Assembly: GCA_965279515.1 (NCBI GenBank)
Contig: CBDIID010000003.1
Coordinates: 2,176,001 to 2,240,000, forward strand
Length of the DNA: 64,000 bases
DNA from: Turneriella sp.
GTDB taxonomy: Bacteria; Spirochaetota; Leptospiria; Turneriellales; Turneriellaceae
Reading direction: 5' to 3'
The notes under the pieces are model-generated. The model had not been told where the DNA came from. It did no database searches and saw only the letters and a list, made by a program, of their open reading frames with translations. Both the position numbers and the translations under genes were made by a program. Position 1 is the first letter of the stretch, and each line of letters starts with the position of its first letter. Below, piece by piece: positions 8,773 to 19,141 of this stretch.

Positions 8773-10269
8773 TTATTTTCCCGGATAAGAGGTTTTGGAG
8801 TGGGGGTCGGTCTCAAACATGGCTTCTTCAAAATCGGAAAAACCGTCGCCATCAGAATCACGGAAAATCTCCGCGGCGTCGACACCCGGCACTCCCGCTT
8901 CGGTCCATCCGGCAAAAAGAGACCTGAGATCGCGGCCTGAAACCTCGACAATCAGTTCTTTAATCTGCGCGGTGTCCAAAAATTTTCCGCGTTCATACAT
9001 CCGCCTGTGCAGCTTCAGCCAGCCCTGGTAGCCCAGCTGGCGATACAACATGTACCAGAATGCCGCGCCCTTGTCGTACTGGAATTCTGTATCTTTATCA
9101 AGCAGAGACTTAACGAAGCGGTTTTTTTTCGCATCGTCATAATCCTTGAACTTCAGCACGTCCCTGAGGTAGGTCGGCTTTTTTTGAAACACTTCGCGCA
9201 GTATCACGTTGGCGACATAGGTCACGCCCTCTTTCGACCAGCGGTTCGCGTAGAGGCAGGCCCAGTTGTGCACCAGTTCGTGGCGTGAAACATTCGCCGG
9301 TTTGTCCTTTTCGTTAAATTGAAAAACGATACCGGTACGGTTGTTGTGCGCTTTGTGCGCATAGTAGTACGGTCCGCGACTCAAAACCATGCCGAGATTT
9401 TTGTGATCGGCCGGCAGCGGATATACCTTCGCATAGAGATCCTGCATTTTCGCGATACCGTCGTCAACGGCTCCTTTCGCCCATTTGTCCCAACCGTCAG
9501 GATAAATCACCGCGAAACTATAAGCGTCCTTGCCCATCTGAAAAGATTTTTGCGCGGCGCGGTAAGCCAGGGGGGATGCCTCGCCGGATATTTCTATGTT
9601 ATCGAAGTCGACGGCATTTTGCACAAAGGTTTTTTCGAGCCGGCGATCGCGGTTGGGGTTCAACTGATTGCCCATCGTGTCCATATAAAGCGCGAAGCCG
9701 GCGTAAGCAGCCATCTCGGGCAAGGTCACGACCTCACCCTCGCTGGCGCTCGAAGGCATGCGCGGCGCGGTGATGAGATCTTTGCCGTCGACGGAGAGCG
9801 TGAACTCGTCGCCGCTGCGGTCGATCTTGAAGGTGTGCCAGGTGTTGCGGCTGAAGGGATATCCCACCTGCTGGATTTTTTTACCGCTGTTCGTGTGACT
9901 GGCAAGCAACGTCACCTGCTGCGCCTTCAGATCGATATGGAAGTACAAAAGATTTTCGAGCAGATTATACCGAGTGTCAGCGACAATGTTGAAGTGCGAA
10001 TCGGCATCACCCGCGGCGCGAGCCTGAATTGAAAACAGCGCATTCCTGCCCATCATGGGCAGAATATTCAGATAGGCACTCCCCTTTTGTTTAAAGCGGG
10101 CTTTGAGTGTCCCCTCGACCACGGAGAAACACTCGTCCTGAAACTGCACATAGTTCTTTGTCGTCGCGAGGCTGTCGCTCGAGAATTCGTCGCGGAAAAC
10201 GGGCGGGGGTGTGACGGAGAGAATCTCAGAGATCGGCAGGAGTATGGTAACGAAGAGAACAATCCGCAT
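8773..10269 (-). CDS. Secreted gluzincin (M1-like) metallopeptidase with N-terminal beta-sandwich and C-terminal TSP3-like Ca-binding repeat
   Basis: HELVH, WSKEG, YDKG, DSDGDGFSDFEE; signal peptide. Confidence 0.7.
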   Translation of the reverse strand: MRIVLFVTILLPISEILSVTPPPVFRDEFSSDSLATTKNYVQFQDECFSVVEGTLKARFKQKGSAYLNILPMMGRNALFSIQARAAGDADSHFNIVADTRYNLLENLLYFHIDLKAQQVTLLASHTNSGKKIQQVGYPFSRNTWHTFKIDRSGDEFTLSVDGKDLITAPRMPSSASEGEVVTLPEMAAYAGFALYMDTMGNQLNPNRDRRLEKTFVQNAVDFDNIEISGEASPLAYRAAQKSFQMGKDAYSFAVIYPDGWDKWAKGAVDDGIAKMQDLYAKVYPLPADHKNLGMVLSRGPYYYAHKAHNNRTGIVFQFNEKDKPANVSRHELVHNWACLYANRWSKEGVTYVANVILREVFQKKPTYLRDVLKFKDYDDAKKNRFVKSLLDKDTEFQYDKGAAFWYMLYRQLGYQGWLKLHRRMYERGKFLDTAQIKELIVEVSGRDLRSLFAGWTEAGVPGVDAAEIFRDSDGDGFSDFEEAMFETDPHSKTSYPGK

Positions 10270-10349
10270 AACTCTCTGCAATAAATGGTAAACTTTGCGT
10301 CAACGAATTGCGCTTTACATTTGAAATGAAAACGCGCGTCACGGGCTGC

Positions 10350-11396
10350 ATGATTGGCAGCGATCAGCTTATCACACAGCTTCTGCAAAACCTCACCGCA
10401 TTTGAAACGATCCAGCTACGGCTTGATCCGCAGCGGCTGGCCGAATACGAGGCCCAGGTAAAAGCACTACCGGATTTTTCGGCCGTCGCCGAGACCTTGC
10501 GCGCTGTAGAGCTACCGGAGGCCCAGGCGTTTCCACAACGACAGCTCCTCAAAGCTGCTGCGCAACTGGCGAAAGGCAAAGAGATTTTTCTGACGGCCGA
10601 AGCCGGCCGCGCGGGTTTCATGGGTATCTTCCGCTCGCTGCGCTTTTTCTGCCGGGCATATGAAGCGCTCTATCCGCTCGCGCCGTTTTACAAGGATATT
10701 CACAGGTTTTTTCTCGAGTCGGCCGATGACGTGCTGCCAGAGCGCAAGCCCACGCAGGTCGCCGACACTGTCGCGCGCGGCATCCAGAATTTTGAAAACG
10801 AACGCGGTCAGCGCGGTGGATTTACCCTGTACGTGCCGGAATATTACACTGCCGAAAGAGACTGGCCGCTCATCGTCGCGCTCCACGGCGGGTCTGGCCA
10901 CGGTGCGGATTTTTTCTGGAACTGGTTGCCTACGGCGCGCTCGCGTGGTGCGATTCTGCTCGCGCCGAGTTCAAAAGAGAATACCTGGTCGCTGCAAGAT
11001 CCCACAGTCGATGGTAAGGCAATCCTCAAAATGGTGAGCGATATTATTGCGCGCTATAAAGTCGATGCCAGTCGCATGATGTTGACAGGCATTTCGGACG
11101 GCGGCACGTTTGCGATGATGCTGACCTCGTCAGCGATGAATATCTTCAGCCATACGGCGCCGCTGGCCTGCGCGGGCCATGCTTTCACAGCCCACGCGCA
11201 AAAGTTTTCCGGAAAAAAAATCTACCTGGTTCATGGCGGCAGGGACTGGATGTTCCAGGTTGCGCCGGTGCGACAGGCAGCCGGGGCATTAAAGGCGGCG
11301 GGCGCGGAAATCGTCTACCGCGAAATCGCCGACCTCTCGCACAACTACCCGCGCGATGAGAATGCCGCGATTTTCGATTGGTTGATAAAGCCTTAA
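10350..11396 (+). CDS. Phospholipase/carboxylesterase (alpha/beta hydrolase)
   Basis: LHGGSG, GISDGG nucleophile, HGGRD, LSH; start could be 10326. Confidence 0.88.
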   Translation: MIGSDQLITQLLQNLTAFETIQLRLDPQRLAEYEAQVKALPDFSAVAETLRAVELPEAQAFPQRQLLKAAAQLAKGKEIFLTAEAGRAGFMGIFRSLRFFCRAYEALYPLAPFYKDIHRFFLESADDVLPERKPTQVADTVARGIQNFENERGQRGGFTLYVPEYYTAERDWPLIVALHGGSGHGADFFWNWLPTARSRGAILLAPSSKENTWSLQDPTVDGKAILKMVSDIIARYKVDASRMMLTGISDGGTFAMMLTSSAMNIFSHTAPLACAGHAFTAHAQKFSGKKIYLVHGGRDWMFQVAPVRQAAGALKAAGAEIVYREIADLSHNYPRDENAAIFDWLIKP

Positions 11397-11425
11397 TTGA
11401 TGCACATTACACACAAGCGGTAAAA

Positions 11426-12304
11426 ATGCGAAGCCTGATCACTCTGATGACAATCACCCTGCAGTTTCTTAGCTGCATCCGGCAAGAGTCTGTTAAAACG
11501 CCATCGGGAAACCGCCCTTATCAGCTCAACGTTCCCGAACAAATCAAACCCGGTCAAGCCTATCCGCTGGTGATTTTACTCCATGGCCACGGCGGTTATG
11601 GTCCAAAAACCAGCTCATACTTCGGCTTCGACAAACTTGTCGATTCGAAAGGTTTTATTCTCGCCATGCCGGAGGGTACGCGGCGGTGGTTTCTGGGCAA
11701 GCGTTACTTCAATGCCACCGATCTCTGTTGCGCCTTTGTGCAAAACCCGCCCGACGATGTCACATACATTGATGCTGTCATCGACGATGTTTCTGCAAAA
11801 TATATGATCGATGAGAAGCGCATCTTCGTTGCCGGACATTCCAACGGCGGCTACATGGCGTATCGTTATGCCTGTGACAGGGCTGAAAGGGTTGCGGCTA
11901 TCATCAGCCTTGCCGGCGCCATGTGGACGGACACCTCGCGCTGCGACCCCGAAGAGCCTGTTGCGGTATTACAGATTCACGGCGACGCAGATACCATTGT
12001 TCCTTATGAGAGCGTCGATAATTACCAGGGTTCGTCGACAACGCATATTTCTGCACATGAAACAGCCGCCGCCTGGGCCGGCTTCAACGGTTGCAAAGCG
12101 ACATCGGAAACAAACGAACAAGCTTTGGATCTTATTGCCGATGAAGATCCTCCGCTCGGAAAAGAAACAACGCTTGAAAAGTGGGGTAGCTGCCGCGGCG
12201 CCGAGTTATGGACTCTGCAAGGTGGCAGCCATAAGCCGCGCCTCAACCAGCCGATCTGGGCCGAGTCGCTCTATGCATGGCTCATGGCGCATCCAAAACC
12301 GTGA
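11426..12304 (+). CDS. PHB depolymerase/LpqC-like esterase, probable lipoprotein
   Basis: LHGHGG, GHSNGG, IHGDAD, GGSH; FLSC lipobox. Confidence 0.88.
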   Translation: MRSLITLMTITLQFLSCIRQESVKTPSGNRPYQLNVPEQIKPGQAYPLVILLHGHGGYGPKTSSYFGFDKLVDSKGFILAMPEGTRRWFLGKRYFNATDLCCAFVQNPPDDVTYIDAVIDDVSAKYMIDEKRIFVAGHSNGGYMAYRYACDRAERVAAIISLAGAMWTDTSRCDPEEPVAVLQIHGDADTIVPYESVDNYQGSSTTHISAHETAAAWAGFNGCKATSETNEQALDLIADEDPPLGKETTLEKWGSCRGAELWTLQGGSHKPRLNQPIWAESLYAWLMAHPKP

Positions 12305-12309
12305 TTAAG

Positions 12310-12723
12310 CTAATTCTTCGCCGCCCTGAGCCCCAGCAGCGCGGCAATGCCCGTGCACGCGGCCGGTACCGGAAAAAAGAACAGCGCACTGAGCACGGAA
12401 ATTCCCAGCACGCCGACACTATTCAGAATCAACAACTTGCGCCCCACGCCCTCGAGGCCACCTTTGCCCGAAAGCATAAAAAAGCCAATCCCCAAAATAA
12501 ACAGGAACAGGCTCATACCAATATTATTGCCCAGGAAAATGTCCGCGTATGTCTGCGCCTTGCCTACAGGCATCGGTACCAGCGTCGCCTTCATGACCGC
12601 AACAGCCCTCGTCACCTCAACCTGGGCCGCGGGTATCGGCATAAACGTGCCGGCCGTATGGCCAAGGCAGGTAAATAACGTCAGCGCCCCCGCGACGCGC
12701 AAAAAAAGTTTTGATGTATTCAT
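12310..12723 (-). CDS. LIC_13387-like membrane protein
   Basis: FLRVAGALTLFTCLGHTAGTF N-terminus; four hydrophobic segments. Confidence 0.7.
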   Translation of the reverse strand: MNTSKLFLRVAGALTLFTCLGHTAGTFMPIPAAQVEVTRAVAVMKATLVPMPVGKAQTYADIFLGNNIGMSLFLFILGIGFFMLSGKGGLEGVGRKLLILNSVGVLGISVLSALFFFPVPAACTGIAALLGLRAAKN

Positions 12724-12781
12724 ATGATAGCTTTAAACTAAAATCGGGCGCGTCAAATGCTTCCAACGCCCGACATTCGAC

Positions 12782-13054
12782 TTATTTCGAAAATTTTCCG
12801 TTGCGGATTGTCAGCCGCTCGTTTTTAGTAGCGCTGATTTTATCGCTGCCGATATCAAACGTACAAAATGAATAACCGCAGAGACCGTAAAGTGATCCGC
12901 CCGAACCCAGCGTATGCTCTGAAATGCTGAGATTGCCTTCGCCCTGCACCTTGACTGTATACGACTTGCTATCCTGATTGATAACGTCCGTTGCGCTCAA
13001 TGCCGTGCCGATTGAAAGAGCGGCAAACACCGCCATAACGATTAATTTCTTCAT
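12782..13054 (-). CDS. Small secreted hypothetical protein
   Basis: RBS AAAGGAG; signal peptide MKKLIVMAVFAALSIGTALSA; CGYSFC. Confidence 0.75.
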   Translation of the reverse strand: MKKLIVMAVFAALSIGTALSATDVINQDSKSYTVKVQGEGNLSISEHTLGSGGSLYGLCGYSFCTFDIGSDKISATKNERLTIRNGKFSK

Positions 13055-13175
13055 AGTTTCTCCTTTAGGTAAGCTTATAACTAACCCACACATGTACGCC
13101 TGAAGCAGATCTGCGATGCCATTTTTTTGAAGACCTCTTGACACTCAATCCGACTTGCCGCTTTCTCTGACCTCC

Positions 13176-14447
13176 ATGGAAGCCGCCACCAAACAAAAAC
13201 AACCGCGCTTCCCTTTTTATCTGCAGATTCTCACCGCCGTAACGCTGGGCTCGCTCGCGGGAGTTTTTTTCGGCAAGGAATCTGCCCATTACTGGGCCAA
13301 TGACTCGCTGAGCGAAATCGGCCTCTCTGTCATCCGCCTGCTCAAGATTCTCGCGATACCGTTAATCCTCTTTGCGATCATCGACACGATCCTGAAGACG
13401 GAAATCACCGGCAAGAACGCGCTGAAAGTGGTCAGTATTTGCCTTTTTAATGTTTCGATCGCCATGGTGATCGGCCTTGTGATCCTCAATGTGTTTGAAC
13501 CCGGCAAACACTGGAAGGGCCGGTTTGCGGTAGAAACCAAGGCAGCCGCAGCGCCGCAAGAAGCCAGGGCGCAGCAACCGAAGACATCCCTCGACCCCAT
13601 CAAAGTATTCACGGGGCTCGTACCCGAATCCATCGTCGAACCCTTTGCGAAAAACAATACTCTGGGTGTGATCCTCGTCGCGCTGCTGTTCGGTTTTGCC
13701 TTCAAGGGCATGCGCAAAAGAGGCGAAGTCGAACGCATCCACGATATCGAAAAACTGGTCGAGACGCTGTTTAAGACCACGCTTACCGTAATCGGTTATG
13801 TCATCAAAATTATTCCCTATGCGGTGTTCTGCCTCGTCGGCGCCGCCGTCGGCAAGTCGGGGCTCGGCGTTTTTTCGATACTGTGGATATTTCTCGTAAC
13901 AATACTGGCCGGTTTTTTTGTGCACGCCTTCGTTTATTATCCGCTCATGGCTTGGCTCGTCGGCAAAAAATCGCCGCGCGTCTATCTCGGCAAAGGCGCC
14001 GACACGATCATCACGGCATTTTCGGTTAACAGCAGCCTTGCGACGATGCCGATGACACTCAAAACGCTGACACAGCGCATGGGGGTTTCTGAAACCTCGG
14101 CTCGCATGTCTGCGTGTTTCGCCACCAATCTCAACAACGACGGCATTACGCTCTATGAGGCGATGACCGCGATTTTTCTCACACAAGCTCTCGGTTTTGA
14201 CCTGCCGCTGTCGTCGCAGATCTTTATCGTGCTGGTATCGATCTTCGTCTCGATGGGCATCGCCGGTATTCCCGAAGCGGGGCTCATCATTCTGCCCCTC
14301 GTGCTCGGCGCTTCTGGCCTCAGCGACCACACGATTGCCATCGCCATTGCGCTGATCGTACCGATCGACTGGTTCATTGCACGGCTGCGCTCGGCGGTCA
14401 ACGTCATGAGTGATATGGTCGTGGCGATCATGCTCGATAAGGTTTAG
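13176..14447 (+). CDS. Dicarboxylate/amino acid:cation symporter (DAACS, GltP/DctA family)
   Basis: AFSVNSSLATMP, LNNDGITLYE, GIAGIP, DWFIARLRSAVNVMSD. Confidence 0.93.
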   Translation: MEAATKQKQPRFPFYLQILTAVTLGSLAGVFFGKESAHYWANDSLSEIGLSVIRLLKILAIPLILFAIIDTILKTEITGKNALKVVSICLFNVSIAMVIGLVILNVFEPGKHWKGRFAVETKAAAAPQEARAQQPKTSLDPIKVFTGLVPESIVEPFAKNNTLGVILVALLFGFAFKGMRKRGEVERIHDIEKLVETLFKTTLTVIGYVIKIIPYAVFCLVGAAVGKSGLGVFSILWIFLVTILAGFFVHAFVYYPLMAWLVGKKSPRVYLGKGADTIITAFSVNSSLATMPMTLKTLTQRMGVSETSARMSACFATNLNNDGITLYEAMTAIFLTQALGFDLPLSSQIFIVLVSIFVSMGIAGIPEAGLIILPLVLGASGLSDHTIAIAIALIVPIDWFIARLRSAVNVMSDMVVAIMLDKV

Positions 14448-14514
14448 GGGGGATCTCCCCCGCAGCGCACCCCTTTTCGATTGACTTTATGCGTTCGATA
14501 ACGCGAAGCGAACC

Positions 14515-14904
14515 ATGATCGACCACACAGGCCTGCATATGAGCAACCCGGAAAAGAGCCGCGCCTTCTACGATAAGGCGCTCGCACCCTTAGGCTATAA
14601 ACTGCTCGCTGAAATACCCAAAGAGTTCACAGGCGGCCTCGTCGTGTTAGGTTATGGCGAACCACCGAAGCCCGATTTCTGGGTCGCACAGGGAACGGCC
14701 GAAACACCCAAGATACATATTGCTATCCGCGCGGCCAACCGCGCACAGGTCGATGCCTTTTACCAGGCAGCTATCGCTGCCGGCGGAAAAGACAACGGCG
14801 CGCCGGGGCTACGCCCCCACTACCATGAACACTATTACGGCGCCTTCGTGCTCGACCCCGACGGCCACAACATCGAAGCCGTCTGCCACGACGCCGTAGC
14901 TTAG
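14515..14904 (+). CDS. VOC family (glyoxalase/bleomycin resistance) protein
   Basis: MIDHTG, HIAI, YYGAFVLDPDGHNIEAVC. Confidence 0.95.
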   Translation: MIDHTGLHMSNPEKSRAFYDKALAPLGYKLLAEIPKEFTGGLVVLGYGEPPKPDFWVAQGTAETPKIHIAIRAANRAQVDAFYQAAIAAGGKDNGAPGLRPHYHEHYYGAFVLDPDGHNIEAVCHDAVA

Positions 14905-15716
14905 CGTATCATGCCGATCTGGCGTCGGCTGAGCATCAGGTGCGACAAAAAACACATGAGCGCAATCAGTGCCACATTGGCCGCAACGAGAATGAGTCCC
15001 TCGAGAAAAGCATCGCTGTTCACGATCTGCACCGGTAACTTCATCGGCGTATAGTTCAGCGCCGTCACAACACCGTGCTGCCCCAGCGCACCCGAGAGAG
15101 AACTCACCAGCGGAAAAATCATCATCTCAAGCACGCAGAGATACACGAGACTTAAAACGATGCCAATCGACGCCGAAACAGTCATGATCGAGATCATAAG
15201 CGCAATCGGAATCGCGGTAAGATAAAACAACATGTCGGCCGCAACCTGCCCAAAGGGGATATCCACCGATTGGCCTTCGATCAAGGCACGGATGCAATAG
15301 AAGATCGTCACCAGCACAATCTGCACAATGTAGACCCCCGTGGCGAGGGTGTAGAATGCTGCCAGTTTTGACATCAGGTAGGTGAGCGCCGTCTGGCCTT
15401 TGAGCTGAATCTGGTGGAAGGTTTTCCATTCAAATTCTTTGCCGACCTGGTAGGCGGCAACGAGCGCCGCGATCAGCGGATTCAGGTATTGCGAAAAGAA
15501 ATGGAAGATCTGCCATACCACTCCGAGATTCACCGGCGATGGTGTTGCACCCTTTTGCGTCGGCGCATTCTTACTGATCGCGACTTCGAGCACAAGCACG
15601 AGCGTAATCAGGGATAGCGTAATCGCGAGAAAGGTAACGTGGGTTTTGAGCTTAAAAAGCTTACGGATCTCCGCAAGGAAAGCGGCTGTGAGTTCTTGAA
15701 TGGCTTGCGATTTCAT
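14901..15716 (-). CDS. ABC-2 type transporter permease
   Basis: Six TM segments; GKEFEWKT motif; overlaps the ATPase gene. Confidence 0.85.
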   Translation of the reverse strand: MKSQAIQELTAAFLAEIRKLFKLKTHVTFLAITLSLITLVLVLEVAISKNAPTQKGATPSPVNLGVVWQIFHFFSQYLNPLIAALVAAYQVGKEFEWKTFHQIQLKGQTALTYLMSKLAAFYTLATGVYIVQIVLVTIFYCIRALIEGQSVDIPFGQVAADMLFYLTAIPIALMISIMTVSASIGIVLSLVYLCVLEMMIFPLVSSLSGALGQHGVVTALNYTPMKLPVQIVNSDAFLEGLILVAANVALIALMCFLSHLMLSRRQIGMIR

Positions 15717-16621
15717 TTCTTGTCCTTTTGTGATTCGATAAGATTCATAAAGAAATTCTCGAGGCCTGCGTTCAGGCGGATAAACTCCTCGACGCGCAAC
15801 CCGCGGTCGAAAGCGGATTTCAGGAAATCAGAGGGATCGACTGCAGCATCGAGCATGATATTGAATGCCTGCTCGCCTTCTTTTTCACCGGGAGTTGCTC
15901 CCAGGTCTTTCAGGATTTTCGGCGCGATATCGGGGTTCTGCACCACGATACGGAAGGCATTACCTTCACGCGCGAGTCCCTTGACATCGCGCTTTGCCAG
16001 CAGCGAGCCGTTCTGCAGAATAGCAACGGTGTCGCAGATCTGCTCGACCTCGGGCAATAGATGGCTGCACAGAATCAGGGTCTTACCCATGCGCGTGATA
16101 TCCTTGAGAATCGTGCGCACCTGCACGATACCTTCGGGGTCGAGGCCGTTGGTGGGTTCGTCAAAAATCAGCAATTCGGGATCGTTCATCAGCGCGAGGG
16201 CAATCCCCAGGCGCTGCTTCATACCGAGCGAGAATGTGCTGAACGATTTTTTCTCAGCGGGATCGAGATCGACCATCTTCAGAAGTTCGTCGACCTTGTT
16301 CAAATCGACACCCGTAAACCGCGCAAAAAACAGTAAATTCTCGCGCGCTGAGAGCGAGGGGTAAAGCAGCGGGATCTCAATCAGCGAGCCGATACGGCGG
16401 CGCAGTGCGAAGCGGTTATTCCAGACCGGCAGACCGTCGATGGTGATTTCGCCTTCCGTCGGCTTCAGAAATCCGAGAATCAGCTGAATCAGCGTGGTCT
16501 TGCCTGAACCATTCGGCCCGAGAATACCCAGGCGCTGCCCGGGTTCGATTTTCAGAGAGACTTTGTCGACGGCGCGTTTTGAACCAAACAGCCGCGACAC
16601 TTCCTTAACTTCAATGACCAT
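15713..16621 (-). CDS. ABC transporter ATP-binding protein (BcrA-like)
   Basis: GPNGSGKT, FSLGMKQR, DEPTNGLDP, SH. Confidence 0.95.
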   Translation of the reverse strand: MVIEVKEVSRLFGSKRAVDKVSLKIEPGQRLGILGPNGSGKTTLIQLILGFLKPTEGEITIDGLPVWNNRFALRRRIGSLIEIPLLYPSLSARENLLFFARFTGVDLNKVDELLKMVDLDPAEKKSFSTFSLGMKQRLGIALALMNDPELLIFDEPTNGLDPEGIVQVRTILKDITRMGKTLILCSHLLPEVEQICDTVAILQNGSLLAKRDVKGLAREGNAFRIVVQNPDIAPKILKDLGATPGEKEGEQAFNIMLDAAVDPSDFLKSAFDRGLRVEEFIRLNAGLENFFMNLIESQKDKK

Positions 16622-17387
16622 AGGCCTCCTTAGACCGCCTGAGATAAAAAATCAGCGCCACACCGGTGGCGAACAAAAAGAAAGAATACCATTGCGCATC
16701 GGAAAAACTCAACCACACACCGCGCGCATCGCTTCGGAAAAACTCAACGCTGAAACGCCCTGCGCCGTAAAGCAGGGCATACACCGCCACGACAGAACCA
16801 GGCCGGCGATTCATCTTTAGCACGCCGAGCAGGATCAACGTCAGGGCGAGCAGCAATGCCGCTGAGGTCAGCTGAATGGGAAAAAGCGGCTGGCTCACAG
16901 CCGCCGCCGGAGCCATCGGATGCGTAAAATGTAGCGCAAGTGGGCCTTCATAATGCAAGCCATAACAACAGCCGGCAAGATGGCAGCCGACGCGCCCGAA
17001 GGCGAACCCCAAAGCGACACCGGGAATAAAGATATCGCCCAGTTTAAGGAGCGGAATTTTCCAGAAGCGGCTGACAAACAAGGCCGCGAAAAAACCGCCG
17101 AGAACGCCGCCCCAGCTGATGACCCCGAGGGGGAGATCCCAGAATTTTTTCAGCGCCATGCGCTCGGGTAAAAAGATTAAAAAATGCGTGAATAGAGAAA
17201 ACAGAATGCCACCGGCAACCAGCAGTGCAAGAATATTGACCGTATCAAAAACCTCGAGGCCACGTGTCCGCGCCAGGTATACAATTAAGACCGATGCCGT
17301 AAAGATGCCGATCACGGCTGCGACGCCGTAACTCGTGAAGGTGCGCGTCTCGCCGAAATAGTTAAATTGGAAAAGAACAGGATGCAT
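16611..17387 (-). CDS. lgt: Prolipoprotein diacylglyceryl transferase family protein
   Basis: MHPVLF start, SYG, GRVGCHLAGCCYG, PIQL, RFSVEFFR. Confidence 0.88.
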   Translation of the reverse strand: MHPVLFQFNYFGETRTFTSYGVAAVIGIFTASVLIVYLARTRGLEVFDTVNILALLVAGGILFSLFTHFLIFLPERMALKKFWDLPLGVISWGGVLGGFFAALFVSRFWKIPLLKLGDIFIPGVALGFAFGRVGCHLAGCCYGLHYEGPLALHFTHPMAPAAAVSQPLFPIQLTSAALLLALTLILLGVLKMNRRPGSVVAVYALLYGAGRFSVEFFRSDARGVWLSFSDAQWYSFFLFATGVALIFYLRRSKEAYGH

Positions 17388-17441
17388 AAAATGAAAAAGC
17401 CGGTCTGAGACCGGCTTTTCCATCAAGACTGTAAAGTCAGA

Positions 17442-17777
17442 TTATTTATCTGCCTCTTTCATGCCTTTTTCGAGTTCTTGTTTCAGTTTTTCCTGAAATT
17501 TCGGATCGCCGAGTTCTTTCTCAAGTGCTTTCGCACCCTGTGTTACCATAATGACGCATGCGATGTACATGATCGCTGAAAGTACGGTACCGATAATGCT
17601 CATTACAAAACCCGCTGTTGCGGTTCCTGTCGGCTGGTTATCCGCTTTCGCTTTTTTACGTCCCAGTACCCCAAGAATGATACCGATCAAGCCAACGATT
17701 GCCCCGATAAACTGCAGACCGGGAATAATCGTAAAAACAAGGGATACAATCCCCAATACCAATGCTGCTACTGCCAT
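17442..17777 (-). CDS. DUF4190-like small membrane protein
   Basis: MAVAALVLGIVSL...GIILGVLGRKK...ATAGFVMSIIG. Confidence 0.8.
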   Translation of the reverse strand: MAVAALVLGIVSLVFTIIPGLQFIGAIVGLIGIILGVLGRKKAKADNQPTGTATAGFVMSIIGTVLSAIMYIACVIMVTQGAKALEKELGDPKFQEKLKQELEKGMKEADK

Positions 17778-17887
17778 TTTTCCTCCAGAGAAATTGCGTT
17801 TGTGGCGCTCAAGATTTGAGCGATACGCCGCACGTCAATCCCTTTGAGAATAATTTTATGGAAAACCGGGCGGGCCTACCTGCGTGG

Positions 17888-19141
17888 TTACGCAGTTCCG
17901 GCACGGTCTGATTCAAGAACACTGAAGAGTACACCCACCGCCAGCCAGAAAGTCATCTGCACAATCTCTGAGGTGAAGTGGCACTGCGTCATACCCATGA
18001 ACGCCATTAAAGGCAGGCACGTCGCTGCTGCGGCAGCCAGCGGGCGGTCGCTTTCGCGGCGGATGCGGAAACGTTCACGCAGGTAAATAAATCCACCGAA
18101 GAAATAATAGAACAGCTGCAAAATTAATCCCACAATACCGTAAAGCACCCAGGTATTGATGAAGTCGTTATGCATGTGCGAAGCTTCATTCCATTTTGTA
18201 TCGTATACGGCGACGCCGAATGCGCCTGGAACCTGGTAACGCCCGTACGCGAGGTTATAGCCGCGCTCGCCCCAGCCGATGACCGGTCGGTCTTTGATCA
18301 TCTGCGTGCCTGCCTGCCAGAGATCGCGGCGCTCGGCCTGAGAACCTGCATGCACGTCGGCAGGCGGCATTTTAAATTCCTGTGCAATCGTATCAGGAAT
18401 GCGCAAAACGATCAACACCCCGACGGTCAAAACTACCGCAACAAAAATGAAACGTTGTATCTTATTGTAGAGCTGAACGTAAATAAAAAGCGGAAAGACC
18501 AGCGCCGTAGTCGCAATTGCCCCACGCGACTTTGTCAGCCACAACCCAACCGCCGCGGCAAAAGTTAAGGCAAAAACAAACAATGCTTTTGACTTTTTGC
18601 CCGAATAATAATACGCGCAGGTCAAACCCGCTCCCAGCACAGTCGCCAATGCCGCCATACCGGCAAAATTAAGATGATGCATGCCGCTCAGACCGCGGCC
18701 GCGCACCATGTTCCAGAAATCAGCGCGCATTTTCCAGGCGCCGTAAGCGGATGAAATAGCGACGCCGGCGATGAAAAAACCGACAACAATCCAAAGCCGA
18801 CGGCGGTCAGACGCATAGAAATAAATAAACAGCGGAATGAGCATCAACCAGACTTCGCGCGCCTCAATGAGTTCGGCGACGGGAACCGGCGAAATCGCAA
18901 TATGGAATATACGCCAGGCAACCCACGCTAAAAAAGAAATATAGAGAATCCTGAGGCGCGGCGCCCCTGAAAGATTCAGTGTAGCGCGCCCACGCTTCGT
19001 AGCAATGGTCGCGATAAAGACCAGAAACGCCAGGCCTAAGCCGGTTTGGGCGATCGAAATAGAAAAAGCCAGGCCGAACGCAAAAAGACAGAGAAATGCA
19101 AAGGCAAGCTTTCCCGCAATAGTATTTTCCGAAGGTAACAT
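17888..19141 (-). CDS. O-antigen ligase/Wzy_C family protein
   Basis: About 12 TM; TKSRGA, ERRDLW, PVIGWG, HMHNDF. Confidence 0.9.
   Translation of the reverse strand: MLPSENTIAGKLAFAFLCLFAFGLAFSISIAQTGLGLAFLVFIATIATKRGRATLNLSGAPRLRILYISFLAWVAWRIFHIAISPVPVAELIEAREVWLMLIPLFIYFYASDRRRLWIVVGFFIAGVAISSAYGAWKMRADFWNMVRGRGLSGMHHLNFAGMAALATVLGAGLTCAYYYSGKKSKALFVFALTFAAAVGLWLTKSRGAIATTALVFPLFIYVQLYNKIQRFIFVAVVLTVGVLIVLRIPDTIAQEFKMPPADVHAGSQAERRDLWQAGTQMIKDRPVIGWGERGYNLAYGRYQVPGAFGVAVYDTKWNEASHMHNDFINTWVLYGIVGLILQLFYYFFGGFIYLRERFRIRRESDRPLAAAAATCLPLMAFMGMTQCHFTSEIVQMTFWLAVGVLFSVLESDRAGTA

Noticed and set aside
13362..14330. Long antisense ORFs, also 31369-32346, 47924-48796 and 61824-62531
   Set aside because: Shadows of well-supported genes; no motifs
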